Below, in pieces: positions 20,701-31,143 of a stretch of DNA of 64,000 nt. The translations under genes and the position numbers were made by a program. The notes under the pieces were generated by a model. The model was not told the origin of the DNA and searched no databases. It was given only the letters and a program-made list of their open reading frames with translations. Positions within the stretch are counted from its first letter, which is position 1. Every line of letters starts with the position of its first letter. Origin of the DNA: a bacterium (GTDB taxonomy: Bacteria > Hinthialibacterota > Hinthialibacteria > Hinthialibacterales > Hinthialibacteraceae); the NCBI GenBank assembly GCA_963663405.2, contig CAXXSM010000061.1:1-64000 (forward strand), written 5' to 3'.

Positions 20701-21656
20701 CCGCTACACAGGTGACCGTCTGGACACAGAAAGAACGGGACGTTCACATTGAACGTCAAATTTCAACCGCAAATCTTAGGAACAATACCGTGACAGGTCT
20801 CCTTCCAATTAAGAAGGGAGACGATATCCAAGCGTTGGGGATCGATGTGGCCGCTGTCCAGAACCGCCGGTTAACGATCGGCCATAGCGCCAATTTAATT
20901 GCCGCTACTCAGATTGCGAAGCCATTGATTCCTGCGGGAACGGACCGGAAATGCGATCTCACTTTTACCGTCGCGAGTCTTGTCCGGGAACCGGAGAAGC
21001 CCCGGTCAGGAGAAACCATTTTCTTCTCTGGAACTGTGCGGAATGATGGGGAAGCCAGCGCTGAAAATGTTGTGGTTAAAGCGTATAGTGGAACGCCTAC
21101 GAAACGGGGAACCGAACTCCGCCCGGTTGTCGGTCCAATTGGGGCGGAGATCGAACGGATCGATCCGGGTGAGGAAATCCCTGTCCGGATTCGATGGGAT
21201 CCCAGCGATAACGCGGGCCGGCATACGGCGCATCTCGCAGTCGATCCCAATCAAAAGATCCGGGAAAGTAATGAGAAGAATAACAGCATCGCGACTACGT
21301 TTTATGTGCTTTCGAAAGCGGATCTTATCGTTAACGCCAGCAAAGTGGAGGTGACTCCGATTGATAATGGAAAGCGATTGAACGTCTTTTTCGAAATCGT
21401 CAATCAGGGAGAGAGCCGCGCGGAAAACGCCGTTCTTCAGTTCGAATTGAAATTGCCGGGGAGCCCCTTACAGACCGCGGTTCTCACACGCTTGAAAAAG
21501 GTCGATCCTGATGAACGCGTTCCCGCTGGTGGGATCAAAATCCCCGCTAATCTAGAATATTTCGAATTGGTCATCGATCCGGATGAAATCGTAGATGAGG
21601 AGACGCACGAGAATAACCGCTTCCGGTATACGCCAACAGCACAAGCAAGCCAATAA
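17775..21656 (+). CDS. Peptidase family C25 (gingipain/PorU-like) with C-terminal CARDB domains
   Basis: YVLLIGDATWD, PDMIIGRWPV, catalytic FFGHG and FTCETAKFD, AILGDP; CARDB motifs (VDPNQKIRESNEKNN, IDPDEIVDEETHENN). True start probably 17838-17859. Confidence 0.88.
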   Translation: MRESIIPLSCGIFKTQSCKTAMEDGAESMNVLRTILKVIGLIYCLLFTIPFAAHSEEIKSRLLDADVSVVKNTPSEIILQWKPKSIPAESDHRALLFAPGPIAKATCIVQSIVWRNEAGEERVQEEDVTSATTQRKIARSSPYLFESGILDGARIAALRWNTDLLDETNWENTEDPRSPVVTIQIQFNETDPDAFEGFPKDIDPIAKALFLNYPPLLSTERNSSHNTFPAYLSSPGLKVITRDEGIIDLPASRVLPALGTGITLDSIALFRDRKKIPCQLIDSSGKTKTEGIVKAGDMIRFYTPVSSSPYSPEVVTWISKSPGDNLAIRSLSPVSGKRETPVVDREIRLEEDRVFITEKDKNEKQSFYWMWHDFIQDGTKSIEFSLHDSILSSTSSLEIIIGTQGSSFIHLATDSMTAILNDREIPSVVNRSTAGFYSVEASLSPDVLKEGTNRIEINVSYLKKNSDSTRAIYLDRVTIRYSCHARPSNEPYLLSPPNESIVIPSDTSFAYVIRNKGASLNDIWYADGKINAATLPDGESDWKIYYLPNGPRVNSVTVTPVLDISRRSINFSDDRQVDVILIAPRAWEPVIRAHISSLRRLGYTARFTAVEDLYDCFGDGRLSPYAIRDFLRFAYHHWRRPRPSYVLLIGDATWDYWGRYENGVVNYIPAFREHNLYAVEDWFVRCDGDEDTLPDMIIGRWPVRSTEELRRLIAKTIQYKESPRVDEGYNRVFLLTDNGNEFERYSDDLAENWIPKEFRLLRRHIADYPLIDNIYLPARLRASRRAKTSLEATEDIIRILNQGVFLWEFFGHGAPNVIGEHRMFFGGGSKFSDVLRLQNNRVLPILWAFTCETAKFDYPRDKWNISIGEDLLTTPNGGAIALIGATGRGYPRDHHFLAQGMHEAAFHYHLPSIGQQTLAANLMGLARQNVFEPKNQFAILGDPTLAIPQFVSIPGQAERTEEGLAYHWTLPEEIKAATQVTVWTQKERDVHIERQISTANLRNNTVTGLLPIKKGDDIQALGIDVAAVQNRRLTIGHSANLIAATQIAKPLIPAGTDRKCDLTFTVASLVREPEKPRSGETIFFSGTVRNDGEASAENVVVKAYSGTPTKRGTELRPVVGPIGAEIERIDPGEEIPVRIRWDPSDNAGRHTAHLAVDPNQKIRESNEKNNSIATTFYVLSKADLIVNASKVEVTPIDNGKRLNVFFEIVNQGESRAENAVLQFELKLPGSPLQTAVLTRLKKVDPDERVPAGGIKIPANLEYFELVIDPDEIVDEETHENNRFRYTPTAQASQ

Positions 21657-21660
21657 CCAG

Positions 21661-23280
21661 CTACGGCGTTGGGCCAAGATTGATTACAACACCATCCGGT
21701 AATTTGGAGGAGAATTCAGACAGACACTGGCGGAGTATCTTCTCTTCACTTGGTGAAAGCGCGAAAAAGGAGACGACGCTGTCGGCGACCGTGACTTTAT
21801 CTTCTACGATCAACTCTCCTGTTTTGATCCATGATTGAGGAATTAAATCTCCCCACCAGCTTTCATAGATGACGGCGATTTTCGCGTTATGTTGACGCCC
21901 CCAACTTTCCACAAAGGATGGAGACCAGCGCCCCAGCCGGTTCGCCCGCAGCGGTTCGATGCTGGCGAGTCCGGATAGATCGAGGCAATGGATATCCGCT
22001 AGAAAATTGATCGCGCCGACATCGTTCGCGAAGACGGTCTCTCCGGAATAGTATGTCTTCAGAAACAGGCCCATTTGATATTGCTGGCAGTATAAATTGC
22101 GCGCGCCGGGTGTGATGGAACGGATGGAATCGATTTGTCTGTAAAAAAGAATGAATCCCAACAGTACCGCCAAGAGGAGAACGCCGCGGCCTAGAATCCG
22201 TTTTCCCAAGTTAACGGGAGCGTTCCATATCTCTAACGCCTTCGACGCAGCGATGGGGATCAAGGGTGAGATCGACACAGCGCCGAACAATAAAAGATAG
22301 GCTTCATACCGGTGAAACCATCCTAAGAGCGCCAGGGAGCAATGCTGCAATGTGGCGCATATAAAAACGAAACTCCAAACAACATTCTTTGAAGGAAAAC
22401 GCTCCTCATCCCGCAACGCTCGGAACAGCGCGAAGAATCCAAGCGTAAAGGGAACAAGCAGGTAACCGGTTGATAGAAGTTGGCCGTAGAACCGTTTGAA
22501 CAGCTGCGCAAACCGTTCCCAATCGGTATGTAGCAAGGCGGTTTTCAACATGATCGAGGAAGGGAAAAAATACCACCCCTCACGGATATACAAGCATCCC
22601 AAAAGAACTATCGGCGCCGCGGCGCAGAGTCCCAATAGCAAGGCCGTCTTCCATCGTCCACGCAGAAGAAACAAGACACACAACGGGGAGATCACAAAGG
22701 CGGTCTCATACCGGATCAGCGTCGCGAGCACCGCCAAAAGGAAAATCCACAGATCGCGTTTTCCTATATCATCACTGCCAAGAACTACTACCGCTCGTGA
22801 TATCAGAAGCGCGGTCAGCAGGATTTGCGCCGTATGCTCCATCCCAACCACCGTCAACGCTGGAAGCGGCAGAATCGCTATCGTGAAGAACGTCCAAGCT
22901 ACCGTCAGCCAGACATTCCGGATCGATTCATAAAACCATCTCGTAAGAAGAACGATTGTGATAACACTGAACACAACATTAAGAACCAGAGGAATCCATT
23001 CCTGATTTCCAAAAAGATAAAAACACGCCCCCAGCAGCATCGTCCATCCCGGCGAAGACGAAGCCGCGCTGAATCCCGCCTCCGACACCCCCATAAATCC
23101 ATCCTCCACCCAATGCCTCGCCATCGCAAGATGGATATATGGATCGTCGATGGGATAGAGAACATGTCCGGAATTTTGATAGATAACAATCTCTAACACT
23201 GCCATGACTAGGATGAATATTAGTAAAGGCAGGGAGAGGATGAGTTTGTCTTTTGTTTGAAGTGGGGTGGTGTTTTTCAT
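21661..23280 (-). CDS. Polytopic GT-C-type membrane glycosyltransferase (AftB-like)
   Basis: DDPYIHLAMARH loop after TM1, SSPGW, GMEH, IRYE, many TM helices, DVGAI..DLSGL C-terminal domain. Confidence 0.7.
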   Translation of the reverse strand: MKNTTPLQTKDKLILSLPLLIFILVMAVLEIVIYQNSGHVLYPIDDPYIHLAMARHWVEDGFMGVSEAGFSAASSSPGWTMLLGACFYLFGNQEWIPLVLNVVFSVITIVLLTRWFYESIRNVWLTVAWTFFTIAILPLPALTVVGMEHTAQILLTALLISRAVVVLGSDDIGKRDLWIFLLAVLATLIRYETAFVISPLCVLFLLRGRWKTALLLGLCAAAPIVLLGCLYIREGWYFFPSSIMLKTALLHTDWERFAQLFKRFYGQLLSTGYLLVPFTLGFFALFRALRDEERFPSKNVVWSFVFICATLQHCSLALLGWFHRYEAYLLLFGAVSISPLIPIAASKALEIWNAPVNLGKRILGRGVLLLAVLLGFILFYRQIDSIRSITPGARNLYCQQYQMGLFLKTYYSGETVFANDVGAINFLADIHCLDLSGLASIEPLRANRLGRWSPSFVESWGRQHNAKIAVIYESWWGDLIPQSWIKTGELIVEDKVTVADSVVSFFALSPSEEKILRQCLSEFSSKLPDGVVINLGPTP

Positions 23281-23295
23281 AGGCGTTGGGTGTGT

Positions 23296-23919
23296 TTAGT
23301 ATCCGAACCATTTCTTGAGTGTCATTTTCAATTTAGTAAAGGCTGGATCGTTGCAACTTTCGTAATTGATTTGTTTAGCCAATTTTAATAATAGATTAGT
23401 AGATATTCTTTTAGGGGAAGGTGCTGATTTAACTGTTTTTTTATACAGTTCCTTCGGTTTTTTTGGTTTGATATAACAATCTTTTTTCACTAATCCTTGT
23501 TTTATTTTCCATTCCTCCCACGCTTTATAATGCCCTGCCCATCCCAGAACATCGGCTACACAAGTTGAGTCACTCCATATCCAAATTTCCAATTCTGGAT
23601 CGATCGCCACTGCGCTGGATCGATCTTTCCAACCACATTGCATGAGACGTTTTTCGACATCTTTTTCCAATTTTTCGCGCGTCCATTTTTCCCGTCCACA
23701 ACCTTCACGGTCAAATAAAACCATCACATAAGAATATTCTCTTTCAAATCCACGAACAAACTCATGCGCCCGAAGAAAACAGCCTGGATCATGTTCTTCA
23801 TGGCTTTCTATATCAAATGTAATATTACGTATTCCAAGTGACTCATAACGGGATAGAATAACATTGACTATCAATTCCATCTCACTATCCGCGACGATAA
23901 CGATAAGATCCTTTTTCAT
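23296..23919 (-). CDS. MAD4-like / DUF4276-like TOPRIM-fold protein
   Basis: DLIVIVAD, LGIRNITFDI..H..HDPG, LFDREGCG, IDPELEIW, PKE, CNDPAF; TAATG coupling to the upstream ATPase. Confidence 0.7.
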   Translation of the reverse strand: MKKDLIVIVADSEMELIVNVILSRYESLGIRNITFDIESHEEHDPGCFLRAHEFVRGFEREYSYVMVLFDREGCGREKWTREKLEKDVEKRLMQCGWKDRSSAVAIDPELEIWIWSDSTCVADVLGWAGHYKAWEEWKIKQGLVKKDCYIKPKKPKELYKKTVKSAPSPKRISTNLLLKLAKQINYESCNDPAFTKLKMTLKKWFGY

Positions 23920-25202
23920 TATTTCCCCAAAAAACCGCCGGCGAAAAGCGTTCCGAGATTCGCTTTTTCCCGCCAATTTTTCAACGCCGGATGTTCGCTA
24001 CCTTTCACGATCTTTGTCCCATTTCCCAACGTCTGCGTAAAGCAGAGAATCTGCTCCAAGTCGTCGATTAGTCTAACCAGAGCAGGATCGTGCGTTGTGA
24101 TAAAAACCTGCCCGTCATAGAACGATTGCATAGATTGCATTATTGCATTGATGGCATATGGATGGATACCATTTTCCGGCTCCTCAAACAGATAAACGCC
24201 TTTGTTATCAGGTAAATAAGCAGGCAAAGTCAACGCGATTAACCGAAGTGTACCTTCTGATACTAACCATGAGGGTACTTCCAAACCGTTTGTATATCGC
24301 AGCATCATATAAACCGAATATTTCTCTTCTTGATTGTATAGAAGAATCGTATCTAAATCTGGAAGCGCTGTTTGCAGATGTAGAATCCACTCGTGAAACA
24401 GTTCCGGATTTCTTTTCTGTAAATGTTCAATTACTAAACAAATATTTGAGTAGTCAGTTTTGAGATGACTTGATGGGCCTGGTGGTGTGGGATTTTTTAG
24501 AGTTTCATTATTAGGAAGAAATAAGTTAATTCCATATTTTATATAATCCCTGAACCATGAAAAAGTCGGTCCCATTGCCTCACCGTAATGAACATTGAAT
24601 ATCGTTGATTTTTTAAGCCTGGGATTCGGATCATAAATAGTACTACCGTACGTAGGATGCACCTTATCTAGTTCATAGTATTCAACGCTATAAAGAGGAC
24701 TACCTTTCTCCAGAACAAAGTGAGGAGTGTTATTAAAATCAATAGATCCTTCAAAGAGTGTTTCTGTAATATCATCTTTTGTTATTGGAGAAGCAGAGTT
24801 TTTCTTTAAATACGCCCTTTCTCCTTCGATCATCAATCCATAATCTTCACGATCAAATTTTAAACGTAATTCATATCGAATCGTATCAAAATCATGTTTC
24901 ATCTTTGGATCTATGATTTTTTCAGGATCAGGTAAATAAGATTCCGGAATTTTTACTTCCAAAGCCAATTCAAAAAAATCTCCATCTCTCCCCCAGACTA
25001 GATCAAAAAAATTCCGTGTAGGAGAGCGTTTATTCACCGCTGTTTCTAAATCGCTTGTAAAAAAATCCTGCAAAAACAACAACACATCCAAAAATACACT
25101 CTTCCCGCTTGCGTTTGGGCCTACGAGGACGTGGAATGGGCCTAGTGGTTGGCGGATGTAGCGCAGGCAGCGGTAGTTGAGGGCTTCGATTAGGGTGATC
25201 AT
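23919..25202 (-). CDS. ABC/AAA_21-type ATPase (MAD3-like)
   Basis: MITLIEALNYRCLRY, Walker A GPNASGKS, signature-like VSEGTLR, Walker B FEEPENGIHP, switch TTHDP. Confidence 0.85.
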   Translation of the reverse strand: MITLIEALNYRCLRYIRQPLGPFHVLVGPNASGKSVFLDVLLFLQDFFTSDLETAVNKRSPTRNFFDLVWGRDGDFFELALEVKIPESYLPDPEKIIDPKMKHDFDTIRYELRLKFDREDYGLMIEGERAYLKKNSASPITKDDITETLFEGSIDFNNTPHFVLEKGSPLYSVEYYELDKVHPTYGSTIYDPNPRLKKSTIFNVHYGEAMGPTFSWFRDYIKYGINLFLPNNETLKNPTPPGPSSHLKTDYSNICLVIEHLQKRNPELFHEWILHLQTALPDLDTILLYNQEEKYSVYMMLRYTNGLEVPSWLVSEGTLRLIALTLPAYLPDNKGVYLFEEPENGIHPYAINAIMQSMQSFYDGQVFITTHDPALVRLIDDLEQILCFTQTLGNGTKIVKGSEHPALKNWREKANLGTLFAGGFLGK

Positions 25203-25319
25203 GGGGCGCCTCATTCTTTCCTTGACTTGAAAAAAATGGATCGTTTCACACAATATAATGAAGCGGATTCGGGGCTTGGGAAAGGGTTATTCTACGGGAA
25301 CTCGATTGGAGAATGCGCG

Positions 25320-25868
25320 GTGGGAACGATCTCGGCGCCGGAATGGGTGAAAGCGATTGTGGGCGTGATCTATAAAGATCCGTCTCTCTTTGACGAAGCC
25401 CTTGCGCGGATCGAGCGGGAATTCAGCCCTCCTGACCTTATCAGTGACGCGTTCCCCTTCATCGAGACACACTATTACGAAAAAGAAATGGGCGCGGATC
25501 TTACCCGCCGCTATCTGTCGCTTCGTGATTTGATCCATCCCAAAGACCTACCGCGTTTCAAAGTGTTGTCCAACCAATGGGAGGAGGAACTCACCCAAGA
25601 CGGGAGACGGCGCGTCAACCTCGATCCAGGCTACATCGGCGCGGCCAACCTCATTCTCGCCAGCACAAAGAATTTCAGTCAACGCATCTATTTGAGTGAC
25701 GGGATTTACGGAGAAGTAACCATGTTGTATCAAAACGGATCGTTCAGGGATCTTCCTTGGACCTATCCCGACTACAGCCATCATAAAGATGTGTTCCTGC
25801 GGATGCGCCAAATTTATAAAGAGCAATTAAAAAGCCCACAAATCCAAGCGCTTATGACGGAAATGTAA
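25320..25868 (+). CDS. DUF4416 family protein
   Basis: YYEKEMG, RRVNLDPGY, LASTKN, RIYL.DGIY.E, LPWTYPDY; GTG start with GGAGA RBS. Confidence 0.85.
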   Translation: MGTISAPEWVKAIVGVIYKDPSLFDEALARIEREFSPPDLISDAFPFIETHYYEKEMGADLTRRYLSLRDLIHPKDLPRFKVLSNQWEEELTQDGRRRVNLDPGYIGAANLILASTKNFSQRIYLSDGIYGEVTMLYQNGSFRDLPWTYPDYSHHKDVFLRMRQIYKEQLKSPQIQALMTEM

Positions 25869-25871
25869 TGC

Positions 25872-25890
25872 GATGGATTGACAATCCATC
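25872..25890. promoter_or_regulatory. Perfect 9-1-9 palindrome overlapping TTGACA upstream of the TPP riboswitch
   Basis: GATGGATTG-A-CAATCCATC; contains TTGACA at 25878-25883. Confidence 0.5.
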
Positions 25891-25927
25891 CAGCGCTAAC
25901 GAGAATATAATATATAAGTAAACATAT

Positions 25928-27531
<1,604 letters not shown>

Positions 27532-27725
27532 ATTGTAAATATGGAATGTTGACACCGAGATAGTTTTAAGAAACGCTTCACTTGTAAATAAGATAAATTA
27601 ACCCATATTATCTTTCCCATATTTTTTTAGATTATTGTTACAATTAGAATAAGAGAATATGAATCCACTGCGGGTGATCTCTCATATTTTTGGTATGGCG
27701 TAATACTCGCACAAGGTAAGGAATC

Positions 27726-28763
27726 ATGGTTGGCTATCTAGAGCAGATGGAAAACGTCCTTCAAGTCAACGCGGAACGGCGTCAAGAATTCTTGGAGAGC
27801 AAGGACGTTATCGAACGAATTATCGAACTGCGCGATAAAAAGAACGTGCTCATCTTGGGCCATAATTATATGGAGCCGCTCGTGTATCTTCTATCCGAAG
27901 AATACGCGCGGGGGGATTCTTTGGGTCTTAGCCGGATTGCGGCGAAGTCGGATAAACCGATCGTTCTGTTCGACGGTGTCCGTTTTATGGCGGAAACGGC
28001 GAAAATCCTCTGTCCAGATAAAAAAATCCTCATCGCCGATCTGAACGCAGGCTGCTCTTTGGCGGATCCTTTCTCCGCGCAAGATGTGATCGCGTATAAG
28101 AAGAAATATCCCGGTTCACCCGTCGTGACATACGTTAATAGCTACGCCGATATTAAGGCCGAAAGTGATTACTGCTGCACATCCGCGAATTGCCTGCAAG
28201 TCGTCCTCCACGCGGCGAAAGAATACAACACCGATCGAGTGGTCTTTTTCCCCGATTCGTTCATGGGCGCCAATCTACAAAACGAGGTTGCGCCGAAAGG
28301 GATTGAAGTGATTTATCCCGGTAAAAACGATGAGAAATTCGCGTGTTGTGAAGTGCATGAGAAATTTACGGCTCAAATGCTTCGCAGTATCCGCGAACAA
28401 TATAACATTCCAAAACACAGCGAAGATTCCGCTATTCTCGTGCACTGGGAATGCAAACCGGAGGTGTTGGAGGAATGTGATTTCTATGGCAGCACAACCC
28501 AGATGTCTATTTACATCGCGGATCATCCGAAGTTGAAACGAGTTTACCTCGCGACCGAGTGCGAGATGGTGGCCAATCTGGAACTCGAATATCCAAATAT
28601 TGAATTCGTCCGTTCGTGCAGTTCGTTCTGCGAGCATATGCGGTTGATTACGTTGGAAAAAATACTGCGCAGTTTAGAAGAGGAAGTATTTGAAGTCACC
28701 GTACCGGAAGATGTCGCGAACCGGGCGCGTAAAGCCATCGATCGTATGTTGGCGATTTCATAA
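27726..28763 (+). CDS. nadA: Quinolinate synthase
   Basis: GHNY, GDSL, FMAETAKIL, AGCSLA, YVNS, CTSAN, CEVH, HWEC, CEHM. Confidence 0.95.
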   Translation: MVGYLEQMENVLQVNAERRQEFLESKDVIERIIELRDKKNVLILGHNYMEPLVYLLSEEYARGDSLGLSRIAAKSDKPIVLFDGVRFMAETAKILCPDKKILIADLNAGCSLADPFSAQDVIAYKKKYPGSPVVTYVNSYADIKAESDYCCTSANCLQVVLHAAKEYNTDRVVFFPDSFMGANLQNEVAPKGIEVIYPGKNDEKFACCEVHEKFTAQMLRSIREQYNIPKHSEDSAILVHWECKPEVLEECDFYGSTTQMSIYIADHPKLKRVYLATECEMVANLELEYPNIEFVRSCSSFCEHMRLITLEKILRSLEEEVFEVTVPEDVANRARKAIDRMLAIS

Positions 28764-29061
28764 TCGTATTCATACCGATAATCATTTTCAACAGAGAAAA
28801 AACTAAGAGGGCGCCTGCCAGCTTCCTCCGGTTGCTCCTCTAGTTTTATAGACCGGAAGAACCAGCTGGATACCCTCTCAAAACGTATAACAAATAAAAA
28901 GATTACAAAAAAACAGAACAGAATAACCGTTTTTAACGATTCAATCTTTCATTGATTTTTATCCTATGCTTCTCCCGAAGAAAAAATATCTATTCCCAAT
29001 GATTCAAAGAAAAAAAGCCATTCATTCCCTATTATATTCTCATACGATATAATACATCCAT

Positions 29062-30930
29062 TTATTTGACAAAATAAGCCGTAATTTGCTCTTCCCGGTT
29101 GGGAAGATTGAGCGCAGGTTTCGCTGGGTAGCAATAATCCCGGATCGCTTGATGCAAGGGAGGAACGAAAAAGAAGAAATGCGCTTTGTTTACTAAAATC
29201 AATCCAACTTTTTTTTCGATGATCTGTCTTCTCAGATTTAAGAACAATTGGATCGCGGGATATTGGTATTGCAAATCGGGTTCTTTCACAAACAATTCGT
29301 CCAGTTGAAGAATTGCCGCCGTGCTGTAAGGAAGAATCGAGAGTTCCTCCACATACGCGTTCATACTTTCGATCAACTCTGGTTTGTTGACTGCTTTTTT
29401 GAGCAGGTTTACCGCCCGAATTGTATAAGCTAAATTACCATGTCTTTCTGATATCACATCCAAATCGGGCAGATCGATCTCCAAGTTCCGCTCTTTTTTC
29501 AGGGCGGACAATTCGTTGTAATAGGCGTGCCCTAGAATAAAAAGTGAAGAGGAATTTTCCGCCAATTTCCGTTTCGCCAGGAACGCATAGAAGGGAGGCG
29601 CCACAAGCGTTTTCTCCGGCGGACAGTAGCGCTGGATATATTCAGAAGTCATCAGCATGGTTTCGTGCGACAGTTCAAACACCTGATTGCGATCTTCATT
29701 CCAGCTGGGAAAAAACGTGCGGGACAATAGAGAAACCGGTTTCATCAACAAAGCGGGCAAGACCAAACAAAGCAGAGCGGTCCATTTTCCAAAGGATATC
29801 CAATCTTTGACGATATCCCGGAACCGGAACGGTATATTTAACGCCATCATAAACGATAAGAAAAAATAGGCGGAAAATACCGCCACCGCCGGTTCGCCGA
29901 TTGTGAAAATATACTCGACCGTTCCCCCTTTTGTGACAAACACAATCGATCCGAGTGAAAAGATCACCCACCACAGGATGTAATCCTTGGCCGGAAATGG
30001 ATGGTCTTGATCATTTGCGAATAACAGAGCGCCCGCCAGCGAGGCGAAGAGAAATCCACCCTCCCAAAAGAGAATATCTCCACCCTCGGTATTCAATTTT
30101 TCAATAAAATAAGAGACCGCCTGGTAAACCGTTTCCGCTGGGAATGTGCCCACCTGCCGGAAAAAAACATGCTCGATATATTGCCCGTGGCTGTATTGGA
30201 GCATATAGATAAAAAATAGTCCCCCAGGAATCACGAGCGCCAAGGTATACCGCCAGAAGAATCCTCGAAACCGCAGCCATACAAAGAACCACTGCAACGC
30301 CACATAAGGAACCGCTGTCATATTTACAAAACATGTCATCGCCGCCACGAAAGCGGCTCCATACAATGCGGCGGATGGTCTTTTGCGATGTACGGCTGTT
30401 AGGAGCAGCATAAGATTGAAACATTGAAGGAGCACCATCAACGGCTCGGATTGATACCCCGCCGCCCACCAGACGCCTTCCGGAAGAAAAAGATAAATCA
30501 CACCCGCCAACACAGCCGCTTGGGGCCACTGGAAAATCCGGTTCGAGATACCGAGTACACAACACGCGATCAAAACATGCTGGATCGCCTGCCATAACCG
30601 AACAAATACAGCATCCCCATCGCCTAGCGTGACCAGCCATTTTCCAAGAAACAGTAAGAGCGGAGGCTGCGGACTGGGAAGGTCTTTGTATAAAATATCT
30701 CCTAACATCAACCGCCAGGATAAATATAAATAATTCCCATCACCAAAATCCACGTATTTTGCGTCGATCGAGCGAATACTCAAAAAAAGGTACGCCAACG
30801 CCGCCAATCCGAATAGCGCTAACCAGATAAAATCGGGCGAGAGGATTTCCGTTCTCTTTTTATCAATCTCTTTGGAAATCGATTCGGGAACTGTATGGGC
30901 GCCCTTTTCCCCTACCAGGAAATCAATCAT
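29062..30930 (-). CDS. ArnT/PMT-like GT-C membrane glycosyltransferase
   Basis: DFGDGNYLY..G..LYKD...QPPL loop after TM1; about 11 TM helices; periplasmic C-terminal domain. Confidence 0.72.
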   Translation of the reverse strand: MIDFLVGEKGAHTVPESISKEIDKKRTEILSPDFIWLALFGLAALAYLFLSIRSIDAKYVDFGDGNYLYLSWRLMLGDILYKDLPSPQPPLLLFLGKWLVTLGDGDAVFVRLWQAIQHVLIACCVLGISNRIFQWPQAAVLAGVIYLFLPEGVWWAAGYQSEPLMVLLQCFNLMLLLTAVHRKRPSAALYGAAFVAAMTCFVNMTAVPYVALQWFFVWLRFRGFFWRYTLALVIPGGLFFIYMLQYSHGQYIEHVFFRQVGTFPAETVYQAVSYFIEKLNTEGGDILFWEGGFLFASLAGALLFANDQDHPFPAKDYILWWVIFSLGSIVFVTKGGTVEYIFTIGEPAVAVFSAYFFLSFMMALNIPFRFRDIVKDWISFGKWTALLCLVLPALLMKPVSLLSRTFFPSWNEDRNQVFELSHETMLMTSEYIQRYCPPEKTLVAPPFYAFLAKRKLAENSSSLFILGHAYYNELSALKKERNLEIDLPDLDVISERHGNLAYTIRAVNLLKKAVNKPELIESMNAYVEELSILPYSTAAILQLDELFVKEPDLQYQYPAIQLFLNLRRQIIEKKVGLILVNKAHFFFFVPPLHQAIRDYCYPAKPALNLPNREEQITAYFVK

Positions 30931-30976
30931 GCCGGTATTCTCCCTTCAAGGTGGAACGGCGATCCACCCTGCGTTA

Positions 30977-31025
30977 CCGCGGCTCATTTTCATTTGCGCA
31001 TTGTGTTCTCAATCATGTTGATCTA
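30977..31025 (-). repeat. Dispersed ~49-bp motif, copy B
   Basis: Minus strand TAGATCAACATGATTGAGAACACAATGCGCAAATGAAAATGAGCCGCGG. Confidence 0.75.
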
Positions 31026-31143
31026 TATTTGAGTGATTCAGCGTCAACGAACAACAAGTGGCAAAACACCGAAAATTTTACAGTTATATAAGTACAACTT
31101 ACCTCTTCTCTGCTTGAGATCAAGAAACGGAGTTCATTCATCT

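Noticed and set aside
27600-27725. Possible NAD+-I (nadA motif) riboswitch upstream of nadA
   Set aside because: Only a weak AATATGA/TCATATT hairpin is present; the conserved nadA-motif core was not recognised.
28806-28878. SRP RNA (minus strand contains CCGGAGGAAGCTGGC)
   Set aside because: It lacks the CAGG..GNRA..AGCA helix-8 symmetric loop, and the motif lies within a stem; kept only as an unknown hairpin.
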